Shown one piece after another: positions 1 through 7,776 of a DNA stretch of 64,000 nucleotides. The position numbers and the translations under genes were made by a program. Source of the stretch: a virus; the IMG/VR virus record IMGVR_UViG_3300017782_000001, one strand, 5' to 3'. Every line of letters begins with the position of its first letter. The first letter of the stretch is position 1. The notes under the pieces were generated by a model, which saw nothing but the letters and a program-made list of their open reading frames with translations, had not been told where the DNA came from and did not search any database.

Positions 1-1
1 G

Positions 2-223
2 CTTTTTACTAAAGCCTTTTGTGTTCATTCCAGCAGCTACATCGTCATATTCAGATTTATCAATCTTTGTTTGTTTACCGTTTGCTAATGCAAAGTCTTC
101 ACCTGTTTTTATTTTCATAACAAACAATTCACCACGCGACCTGTCTTTTGTAAGATCAGTGTGCTTAAGTACGTTAAATTGTTGCATAACCTTTTCCATT
201 AAAAAACGTTTGAAGCTTATCAT
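2..223 (-). CDS. Partial ORF running off the window edge; probable head-packaged internal protein
   Basis: Read manually: MISFKRFLMEKVMQQFNV..., open to the window edge. N-terminus resembles T4 capsid-targeting sequences (MKTYQEFIAE). Late promoter TATAAATA at 251-258. Confidence 0.55.
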   Translation of the reverse strand, partial: MISFKRFLMEKVMQQFNVLKHTDLTKDRSRGELFVMKIKTGEDFALANGKQTKIDKSEYDDVAAGMNTKGFSKK

Positions 224-250
224 GCCACTCTCTTTTTTTTATCCTTGTTC

Positions 251-258
251 TATTTATA
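251..258 (-). promoter_or_regulatory. T4-type late promoter (gp55)
   Basis: TATAAATA on minus strand, intergenic, just downstream of a terminator-like hairpin. Confidence 0.7.
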
Positions 259-260
259 TA

Positions 261-287
261 AAAACAAAGGGGAGCATGTGCCCCCCT
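261..287 (-). terminator. Rho-independent terminator
   Basis: GGGGGGCA-CA-TGCTCCCC hairpin followed by TTTGTTTTT. Confidence 0.55.
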
Positions 288-348
288 ATGTCCTATAAGC
301 CTCGCGTTGGAAAAGGAAAGGAAAATAACGCTTGCTTATATATTTGTA

Positions 349-669
349 TTATCGTCTTTCGTATATAAAAGCCTTTAAGACACTAGCATTTTTAATGCCG
401 CCGACAATATTTCCAAAGTAGTCATATGACACTTCACCTTTTGAGTTACAGAATCTGTAATGTGGATGAACCGCTTTCATTTTTTTATATGGTTTACGTC
501 CACGAATAACAACACGATATCGTTTGTCACTTTTGCTTTGTTTCAACCAACCATTAAATCGAGAAACCATATGTCTCACCATTTCTAGATCTTTCATATC
601 AGCGTCGCTATCACGACTAAAGGTACCTATAAAAGAATCTGTTGGATAACGTGGGGCTTGAATTCCCAT
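349..669 (-). CDS. Hypothetical early protein
   Basis: 106-aa ORF with AAGGAG RBS directly after a consensus early promoter. Confidence 0.7.
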   Translation of the reverse strand: MGIQAPRYPTDSFIGTFSRDSDADMKDLEMVRHMVSRFNGWLKQSKSDKRYRVVIRGRKPYKKMKAVHPHYRFCNSKGEVSYDYFGNIVGGIKNASVLKAFIYERR

Positions 670-691
670 TACTATAACTCCTTTTTCAATT

Positions 692-729
692 GGTAGATCT
701 ATTATACCATAGATCTACCTCATTGTAAA
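692..729 (-). promoter_or_regulatory. Sigma70-type early promoter with an inverted repeat over the -10 box
   Basis: TTTACA(724-729)-N17-TATAAT(701-706); 11-bp inverted repeat ggtagatctat/atagatctacc at 692-719. Confidence 0.8.
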
Positions 730-734
730 CCAAT

Positions 735-1682
735 TTATGCACTCATTGCGTATTCTACTGCTTTTTCTGCAGCTTTAACTTTACGTAGTTGGTTGAAACC
801 AAACCACTGTGAGTGCAATCTATTTTCAGCATTTCGTCCTTGGACATGATCAGTAATAAATGTTACTGAATTAAATGCCTGCCACCAAGTGCCTTCACCA
901 TACTCTGCACCTGGCTGAGTTTCTAAGACAGAAAGTGCTTGCTTAGCCGAGCGAGAGATTGTGTCAACATTGATTGAGTCAACTTGACCTGAAGTACGAG
1001 GAAACACTTCATTAAGAAAAGCGATATAGTTATCACTTGTCATTTTCTTCGAAGCTAAGAACTGAGCCATTTCTTTGTATTTTGCAAACTTTTCATGTGC
1101 AAGGCCTAGAGTTTGTTTTACACTTTCAGCATCAAATGCTGTGCGGTGACCAACTTTAACTGAACGATCAGCCTTTGACTCAAGTGACATAGTAAGTGTG
1201 TTGTTACATACTACACGGATAGGAGTAAAGCGAATGTCAATTGACTTGCCATATTGATGAGGATTAGAAAAAAGAAGATATGAATCAACTTTATCATCAC
1301 CAAACAAATCAAAAGACTCTTTGACTTTAGCCAAAGCCCATACCATTTGACCACCTTTAAGTGATCCAGCAGTATGCATTTCCATATCACCAGACATGCA
1401 ATATTCTGAGAAGAAATTAAATGCATCGTCATTTTGAACTGGATTCCAGTTTTCGCCAACATTAGTCAAAATTTTCTTGTTATCTTCTCTAACAAGAGAC
1501 TTTAGACCAGTAAGTGTTTTTTCACCATCAATCTCAATAAATGAGTCAAGCTCGCGAACTTTCCAATTTAGTCCAGCTTTTTCTTGCATTTGCTGAGGAG
1601 TAAGATCGTTTGATACAGGAACTCCTAGTCCATGCCACGGAACCTGACCGGCATACGCCATTGTTTCTACTTGATGTGCCAT
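735..1682 (-). CDS. DUF932 / phage-plasmid TIGR03299 family protein
   Basis: N-terminal MAHQVETMAY...PWHGLG, TAGSLKGG, and FTPIRVVCNNTL motifs typical of DUF932. Confidence 0.85.
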   Translation of the reverse strand: MAHQVETMAYAGQVPWHGLGVPVSNDLTPQQMQEKAGLNWKVRELDSFIEIDGEKTLTGLKSLVREDNKKILTNVGENWNPVQNDDAFNFFSEYCMSGDMEMHTAGSLKGGQMVWALAKVKESFDLFGDDKVDSYLLFSNPHQYGKSIDIRFTPIRVVCNNTLTMSLESKADRSVKVGHRTAFDAESVKQTLGLAHEKFAKYKEMAQFLASKKMTSDNYIAFLNEVFPRTSGQVDSINVDTISRSAKQALSVLETQPGAEYGEGTWWQAFNSVTFITDHVQGRNAENRLHSQWFGFNQLRKVKAAEKAVEYAMSA

Positions 1683-1716
1683 AATATATGTCTCCTTAAG
1701 ACTGTGTTTTGGAAAG

Positions 1717-1800
1717 CTTTGCAGTGACTCTTAATCTTAAAAAACTTTGCAGTGACTCTTAATCCTAACCTTTCGGCTCCAGTAAATTTTCTCCAGTAAA
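1717..1800. repeat. Two pairs of short direct repeats in the DUF932 leader
   Basis: ctttgcagtgactcttaatc at 1717-1736 and 1745-1764; ctccagtaaa at 1777-1786 and 1791-1800. Confidence 0.85.
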
Positions 1801-1826
1801 CTTTTCCTTTTCCATTTTATAGATCT

Positions 1827-1855
1827 ATTATACCATAGTTCTTTTCAATTGTACA
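1827..1855 (-). promoter_or_regulatory. Early promoter
   Basis: TGTACA-N17-TATAAT followed by the shared leader AGATCTATAAAATGGAAAAGGAA. Confidence 0.8.
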
Positions 1856-1892
1856 CCATTAAATGCAATTAAATGCATTTTTTTTCATTTTT

Positions 1893-2432
1893 TTACAATT
1901 TTTTTCTTAGTGATTCAAATTTTCTAATCTGTCTTTCATAAAAATTACCCATTTGTAACTTTAACTCAAAGAACCAATCATCTTTAGTGCCTTCAAAGTA
2001 ATTAATACCTTTATCGGTTTTTACCAATTGAAGTTGACCTAAGCCAAGGTTTTGAATAGAAAGATGATGCCAATCAATTGACTCTATAGGTCGATATTCA
2101 ATATTGACTATTTGAGCAGTTTCACCATCAACAGGATTAACTACATAATCAATGAATAGGTATGCTATTTCAGTATTTCTATTTTTTGATAATCTATCTA
2201 CTGAAATAAGATTAGGCATACTAAATTCACGACCAATGTCGCGGGTTTTAACGTCAACCAATACACCTTTGAACGTTACATCTTCAATAGTACGCACGCT
2301 TTTTGGTGCAATACCACCTTGTTCAATAAGTTGATTAACCACATCGTTTTCTATGATATCCGCAATAGCTCGTTGACCTGAGTTATGAGGAACATCGTAC
2401 ATTTTGTACTCAATGTTTGCTTGTATTTCCAT
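1893..2432 (-). CDS. PD-(D/E)xK endonuclease, HincII/EcoRV-like type II restriction fold
   Basis: EDVTF..VLVDVKTRD...PNLIS..RL and later QLQ parallel the HincII motifs DVKTRN...PNIIS..KL...QIQ (recalled, not aligned). Confidence 0.55.
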   Translation of the reverse strand: MEIQANIEYKMYDVPHNSGQRAIADIIENDVVNQLIEQGGIAPKSVRTIEDVTFKGVLVDVKTRDIGREFSMPNLISVDRLSKNRNTEIAYLFIDYVVNPVDGETAQIVNIEYRPIESIDWHHLSIQNLGLGQLQLVKTDKGINYFEGTKDDWFFELKLQMGNFYERQIRKFESLRKKL

Positions 2433-2459
2433 TAAATTTCCTTTTCCATAATATAAAGT

Positions 2460-2641
2460 GGGGCGGTTAGCCTGACATCTATCCTCCTCGACCGGTTGGT
2501 CCGCCCCTTGAGAAGGATAGGGTACATTCTATTTAAGATTACGGTTCCCTGAGTCGTACCAGACTTGTAAACCTCTGAGACTGTCGATCTTATTAGTGAT
2601 CTCCCTTATTCAGCCTCTCAATCTTTACCTTCGCTATGTCA
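2460..2641 (-). ncRNA. Structured non-coding RNA with multibranch core and pseudoknot, family unidentified
   Basis: About eight compatible helices, G-U wobbles favouring the minus strand, GC-rich relative to flanks, no ORF, downstream of a consensus promoter. Confidence 0.65.
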
Positions 2642-2674
2642 TAATATTTACTTCCTTTTCCATTTTATAGATCT

Positions 2675-2703
2675 ATTATACACTATTTCTTTTGAATTGT
2701 AAA
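2675..2703 (-). promoter_or_regulatory. Early promoter
   Basis: TTTACA-N17-TATAAT with the shared leader. Confidence 0.8.
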
Positions 2704-2723
2704 GGAAAAAGTGTATTTTTTTT

Positions 2724-2996
2724 TTAATTAAATGCGATTAAACTTAATAAGAGACTATTTAGTGCGAATCCGATCGCATTAGATACAATGTAAAGAGTAT
2801 CTTTAGCATATATAGCTCTTATCAAGAAGAGTACTAATCCAAGCCATATTAGAAGTATGAAGTTCAATGGCGGGAGATCAGTTGAATATCCCATAATGTA
2901 TCCGATTGATGTCGGAGCCGTTGCACCGTGGATTAGAATCATTCCAACCCAACCGCAGGTTTCTGAAACATTTATTTTTTTTATTTTATTAATCAT
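2724..2996 (-). CDS. Small 3-TM membrane protein, SemiSWEET/PQ-loop-like
   Basis: Three hydrophobic helices; GWVG..L..GATAPT and IVSN motifs; start adjusted to MINK after AAAGGA. Confidence 0.5.
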   Translation of the reverse strand: MINKIKKINVSETCGWVGMILIHGATAPTSIGYIMGYSTDLPPLNFILLIWLGLVLFLIRAIYAKDTLYIVSNAIGFALNSLLLSLIAFN

Positions 2997-3000
2997 AGAA

Positions 3001-3108
3001 TTTCCTTTCTTTTCCATTTTATAGTACTATTATACACCATTTCTTCTGAAAAGTAAAGGAAAAAATGCAAAAAAGTGCATTTTTATATTCAACAAAAACA
3101 ATGGCTTA
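3001..3108 (-). promoter_or_regulatory. Early promoter module, near-duplicate of 32941-33036
   Basis: TTTACT(3052-3057)-N17-TATAAT(3029-3034); about 90 bp of flanking sequence shared with the copy at 32.9 kb. Confidence 0.8.
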
Positions 3109-3708
3109 GCAAAAAAGTTCAAAAATAAATTTTTTTTGCCAGCGCCAAGTTAATCGTGGCTGAATAAATTTGTCAAAGGGGATGTTATGTTTTTTACAAA
3201 CCTTTAGTTGGATTGCTTTATCTTCTGGAGTCATTAATGAGGTGTCTGTATATGAGTCACCTACCTGTGAAACTCTTAAACCATTTCTTTCACCTAATCC
3301 CCAAACTTCATCAAAGGAAATCTTTTTTGGATCAGCGTGTGCTACGATAGTGCCATGATCGTTTAGCATTCGTGACATCATTGCAACTTGAGGTTGAGGA
3401 TCAGTATACTGAAGTGGACCGAAGTTTAGAATCCAGTCAGCTTTTCTTCTTAAAAGAAATTCAGCGTTGTGAAGGTCATCGACGATGTCTACGTTTGGAT
3501 GAGATACAAGATCAATACCAATTAAATTTGGAACGTGTTCTTTGAATACATTTCCACCACAGCCTAAGTCAACTACAAGATCAGGCTTTGTATTAGCTAT
3601 TTCTTTAGCTAAGTTTAATCCAGATAATTGTCTGTAGAGTGCTAGGTTTCTTTTTTCAAGTTCATCAGAAGATGAGTACCTTGCAATTATTTGTTCTTTT
3701 TCCACCAC
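3106..3708 (-). CDS. Class I SAM-dependent methyltransferase
   Basis: VVDLGCGGN motif I, LIGID motif II; paralogue of its neighbours with C-terminal R..W.W.K. Confidence 0.8.
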   Translation of the reverse strand: MVEKEQIIARYSSSDELEKRNLALYRQLSGLNLAKEIANTKPDLVVDLGCGGNVFKEHVPNLIGIDLVSHPNVDIVDDLHNAEFLLRRKADWILNFGPLQYTDPQPQVAMMSRMLNDHGTIVAHADPKKISFDEVWGLGERNGLRVSQVGDSYTDTSLMTPEDKAIQLKVCKKHNIPFDKFIQPRLTWRWQKKFIFELFC

Positions 3709-4667
3709 CAGTTCAACCTTGGTCGTACTCCATCAGAAAGTTCTGTGGAGTATAATGGGCTTTGTAATCTTCTAAATTTTTCGTTTAGACATTTAATATG
3801 AATGTCATGAAATTGTTCACTTGGTTCTTGTGGATCAATCATGTCACCTTTGTCATGATTCCTATTAATCCAACGATTCCACTCATCAACGGTAGTAGTT
3901 TTTTCGTCGTATCTTCCGATGTATGAGTTAAGTATAGGCCATGTTAGCTGCTTTAGATCTGTCCATTCTGTGATAATAGGCTGTTTCATTTCAGGTACAG
4001 AAAGATTGTAAGGACATAATTCAAGATTAGCTGCGTCTCCAAATTCTTTAATTTTTGCGCGGGTCCAAGGGTAATGAATCATACCTCTTCTATTAAACTG
4101 TTTTTCATCTGATATACGTCCTGGTCTGGCATGGCAACAAATCAATCCATCAGGTCTTAAAACTCTAGCACATTCAAAAATAAGCTCTAATATTTCATCT
4201 TCAGTACCAAAGTTAAAAGGACCAACACATCTAATACCATCGATTGTTTCACTTTTTAGAGATTGTAAATATTCTAAAACGTCCATTACAATGTCTGCAT
4301 TGTTATACCAAGGAAGCAAGTCAATACCTATCATATTATTGATATGCTCTTTCATAATGTTATTTCCACAACCTAAGTCTAATACAACATTACATTTCTT
4401 TTCATTAAAAACACTTACGCAAGCAAATCCTGATCCAGTCTTAGCGTGACTTGTTACTCTAATAACCTCAGACCAATCATTGCTAAAGTGATCCTTTAGT
4501 TTTTCAAGTCTCCATTCTCTTGTAGAGTTAGCTACATATTCAGGATCGTATCTATCACCATCACCAATTTGATCAGCTCTTTTAGAGTATCTTATTTTTT
4601 GCTTTTGTGTTAGCTCAACCGGTTTTGAAATCGGTCCGGCTCGTGTTACTTCTTCTGCCATATCCAA
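3687..4667 (-). CDS. Class I SAM-dependent methyltransferase
   Basis: VLDLGCGNN, MIGID, ARVLRPDG. Confidence 0.8.
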   Translation of the reverse strand: MDMAEEVTRAGPISKPVELTQKQKIRYSKRADQIGDGDRYDPEYVANSTREWRLEKLKDHFSNDWSEVIRVTSHAKTGSGFACVSVFNEKKCNVVLDLGCGNNIMKEHINNMIGIDLLPWYNNADIVMDVLEYLQSLKSETIDGIRCVGPFNFGTEDEILELIFECARVLRPDGLICCHARPGRISDEKQFNRRGMIHYPWTRAKIKEFGDAANLELCPYNLSVPEMKQPIITEWTDLKQLTWPILNSYIGRYDEKTTTVDEWNRWINRNHDKGDMIDPQEPSEQFHDIHIKCLNEKFRRLQSPLYSTELSDGVRPRLNWWWKKNK

Positions 4668-5323
4668 AAAATCCTTTCACGAGTTTTACCATTTTTGACA
4701 GGATCTCTTAAGTAAAATCTTTCATTTTCCTCTACTTTAGAAGCATAGGTATAATCAATTACTGGATCTAAATAGTATTCTAGGTTATGAGCTTTACTAA
4801 ATGCATGCGTTGTTTCAAACGACCAAGGGTATAGTTCTGCTCCTGCTTTGTATCCGTTAAATGGTTTACACAAACAAGCAATTTTTCCATTAGACTTTAC
4901 AAGGTGCTTCATTTGCTCAATCATAGTATGTATAGTTTCAGTGTTGTGGTGGTGTAAAACACCAATAGCCAATATCCAATCAAAAGTATTTTCTTTGAAT
5001 ATATCATAAGCACCTTGAAGGTCAGTGTTTATGTCAGGGCTTCCCCATGTTCCTGGCTCAACGCCTATGACATTTTTTAATCTATTTTTGAAAGGGTTGT
5101 TTCCGCATCCAACATCTAAAACAAAAACACCGGATCCATCCTTCTTAATTTCTTTAAGTAGGAATTCACCAGTGAATTTTCTTGTGTCGTAAGTAAATTT
5201 TCCTACGTACTCATCGTATCCTAACTCTTTACGGGTATATGTAGCCTTCCAATCAGAGTCTCTTTCTTCTATAGATTTGTTCCACCAATCAGAAAGTTCA
5301 AACTGGCCAGTAATATCAATCAT
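4646..5323 (-). CDS. Class I SAM-dependent methyltransferase
   Basis: VLDVGCGNN, FDWILAIGVLHH, LVKSNG. Confidence 0.85.
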   Translation of the reverse strand: MIDITGQFELSDWWNKSIEERDSDWKATYTRKELGYDEYVGKFTYDTRKFTGEFLLKEIKKDGSGVFVLDVGCGNNPFKNRLKNVIGVEPGTWGSPDINTDLQGAYDIFKENTFDWILAIGVLHHHNTETIHTMIEQMKHLVKSNGKIACLCKPFNGYKAGAELYPWSFETTHAFSKAHNLEYYLDPVIDYTYASKVEENERFYLRDPVKNGKTRERIFWIWQKK

Positions 5324-6248
5324 ATATGTTTTCCGTCATTAACTCATAAAAAGGCTTCATATCAATTTCTTTAATGATTTTCATTTTCTTTACATTAAAT
5401 TTTCCAGTGCCTTCATTTTCCATTATATCTTTTACTTTGAATGTTGCTTGAAAAAGCCTGTAGTCACTGTAAGCTCCACACGCAACCCATTCCCTTAGAA
5501 CCCAAGCCATATTAGCTACAGCCATTCCTGTATTAGTTGCTGGATCAAGAGGTACGTGTTCACCATTTTGGTCTTCTGCATCAAATTCTTTACCTACTTC
5601 ATAGGTAATCTTAGGGTGATAAATTCCTCTCGCATCTGCAGCAGTAAGTTTGTATCCAGTAACCTCAACATCGTCATCCAAGTACTCATACTGTAATGCT
5701 TCATCATGAAAAAAGTTAGGAGCATTTGACCATGAGAAATTTGCGTTGCGTGTATTCATGCCGCGCATTTTATTTAACTTAAATTCACCATACATAAAGT
5801 CTGCACCTCTTGCATTTACTTTACGCATATCATTATATTCCCACCTAGATCTAGGTGCATCAAGCTTTTCAATATTAGTAGTAACCATGTTGCAAGAATA
5901 GAATGTAATTTCAGGTGCAAATGAATATCTTACCGCACCTTCTCTTAAATTACATTTAATAAATTCTGCTGCATCCAATTGGCATCTTTCGAAAAGCACA
6001 GATCTTAGACCGCATTGCTTAAAAGTTGCACCTCTTAAATCTGATCCTGTAAAATCACATTCGTCTAAAACGAGCTTTTCGAAAGTCCACCCTCTAAAAT
6101 CTTGATATCTAAAATCACAATTTCTAAATTTTAATTTACCATCGCCTGTTTTGCGATCGTGTTGAGTTATCGTTAAATTTTCTCGCTCTGCTAACAGTTC
6201 TTGTAAGCTACGATCAAATTTTAATTTTCCGTTTCTTGTATAAATCAT
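5316..6248 (-). CDS. Pentapeptide-repeat protein with C-terminal phage domain
   Basis: Tandem pentapeptides such as CDFTG SDLRG ATFKQ, ADFMY, ANFSW. Confidence 0.85.
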   Translation of the reverse strand: MIYTRNGKLKFDRSLQELLAERENLTITQHDRKTGDGKLKFRNCDFRYQDFRGWTFEKLVLDECDFTGSDLRGATFKQCGLRSVLFERCQLDAAEFIKCNLREGAVRYSFAPEITFYSCNMVTTNIEKLDAPRSRWEYNDMRKVNARGADFMYGEFKLNKMRGMNTRNANFSWSNAPNFFHDEALQYEYLDDDVEVTGYKLTAADARGIYHPKITYEVGKEFDAEDQNGEHVPLDPATNTGMAVANMAWVLREWVACGAYSDYRLFQATFKVKDIMENEGTGKFNVKKMKIIKEIDMKPFYELMTENIYD

Positions 6249-6257
6249 TTTTGCCTC

Positions 6258-7772
6258 TTAGCTATACGTTGTTAATGATTTATCTCGCATAGTTCCATAA
6301 CCTACTAGGCCTACAGCGAGAATTAAGCAGGCAGTCATGATTGGGTGCATTCCCCATATTGGGTTTATTATATAATTACCTTCCCAAAAATATAGCGCTT
6401 GCATTTGATATAAACCTGCTTCTAATCTTTCTGCTAAGAAAAACGCAATCAAAAATGCCGGTCTACTAAATTCATATCTTCTCATATACCACCCTAAAAT
6501 ACTAAAGATGGTAAGCATAATCAGATCTTCGTACATTGTAGAATAATATCTAGCTGCTAGTACAGACCAAATAGTTAAAGCTGCCATAACAGGAACCCAA
6601 TAAATTGGCTTAATGTAAACTACTTTTGAAACTTGTCTAGCAAATATAAGAAGTACAACGCCTGAAATAGCTGTGCCAAGCATATATCCCCAATACAAAT
6701 GATGAGTAAATTCTGTATCCTCAATCACCTGCATTGATCCCATTTCAAATCCTACATATAAAAACAATGCCATGATGATAGCAACGCCGCGATTGCCTGG
6801 GATACCAAATAAAAACGCAGGAAGTATAGCTCCAGCTTTGCCGGAATTGTTTGCGCCTTCACTTCCTATTACACCTTTGATATTACCTTTACCAAATGGA
6901 ATTGTTTCTTTTCTACATATTGCTGTAGTTGCAGTATAAGCAGACCAGTCTCCAATGCCTCCTCCAGTTCCGGGTAAGACTCCAACTATAAACCCAATTA
7001 ATGAACCTTGCAAAGCAATGTACCAGTTTTTACCAGTATCAACTATGCCTTGCCATGTTTGCTTAGCGTGTTCTTTGCTGTTTATATGTTCATATTCATT
7101 CTTTTTAGTTAGAACATAAATCATTTCTGGTATAGCAAATAGACCGGCGGTTACAATAACAATTGACACACCATCAACTAGATATTCTATTCCGCCGGTC
7201 CACCTTGGGGTAGAATAAATATCATATCCGACAAGTCCTACGAATATTCCAAGGGCCAAAGCTACTAAGCATCTCAATGTATGCTTAGTCGTAATTAAAG
7301 TAATTAGTGAAAATGATAATATAATCATTCCAAATATTTCTGGAATGCCAACATAAGAACTAATTAATTCGTACATTGGAAATAAGGCAAATCCTATAAT
7401 ACCAAACAACAATCCTCCTAGCGTTGAAGTAGTGATTGCTGCTGACAATGCATAGCTAGCTTTCCCTTGTTTTGCTAAAGGAAATCCATCTACCATTGTA
7501 GCTGCAGTTCCATCAGCACCAGGGATGCCAATAAGAACTGAAGCAAACGAATCTCCAATTGAGCATGACACTAGTACAGCCATAGCAAACAGAACAAAAA
7601 GATATTCTGCACCAGGCGTATCAAACAGCTGAGCCAAACCAAATAACATAATTAATGCTTTGGCTGGACCAGCTGAAGGTATGAGTCCAATTATAGACCC
7701 ATACAGTACTCCTATTGTCACGATAATCCCCCACTGCATATACAGTGGGAGAGTTACTAGAGATTCGATCAT
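6258..7772 (-). CDS. tctA: Tripartite tricarboxylate transporter large subunit TctA
   Basis: Polytopic membrane protein; GLIP, GIPG..GTAATMVDGFPLAKQG, GVLPGTGG, EGANNS, GIPG motifs. Confidence 0.9.
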   Translation of the reverse strand: MIESLVTLPLYMQWGIIVTIGVLYGSIIGLIPSAGPAKALIMLFGLAQLFDTPGAEYLFVLFAMAVLVSCSIGDSFASVLIGIPGADGTAATMVDGFPLAKQGKASYALSAAITTSTLGGLLFGIIGFALFPMYELISSYVGIPEIFGMIILSFSLITLITTKHTLRCLVALALGIFVGLVGYDIYSTPRWTGGIEYLVDGVSIVIVTAGLFAIPEMIYVLTKKNEYEHINSKEHAKQTWQGIVDTGKNWYIALQGSLIGFIVGVLPGTGGGIGDWSAYTATTAICRKETIPFGKGNIKGVIGSEGANNSGKAGAILPAFLFGIPGNRGVAIIMALFLYVGFEMGSMQVIEDTEFTHHLYWGYMLGTAISGVVLLIFARQVSKVVYIKPIYWVPVMAALTIWSVLAARYYSTMYEDLIMLTIFSILGWYMRRYEFSRPAFLIAFFLAERLEAGLYQMQALYFWEGNYIINPIWGMHPIMTACLILAVGLVGYGTMRDKSLTTYS

Positions 7773-7776
7773 TAGA

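Noticed and set aside
1717-1800. Possible mini-CRISPR array
   Set aside because: Only two 20-bp repeats with an 8-bp spacer; no cas genes in the window
2460-2520. HDV-like/theta ribozyme (nested pseudoknot with a GGCUAA joiner)
   Set aside because: First stem is 11 bp rather than 7, the small loop AACC lacks the conserved L3/P1.1 residues and there is no P4; kept as an unassigned RNA
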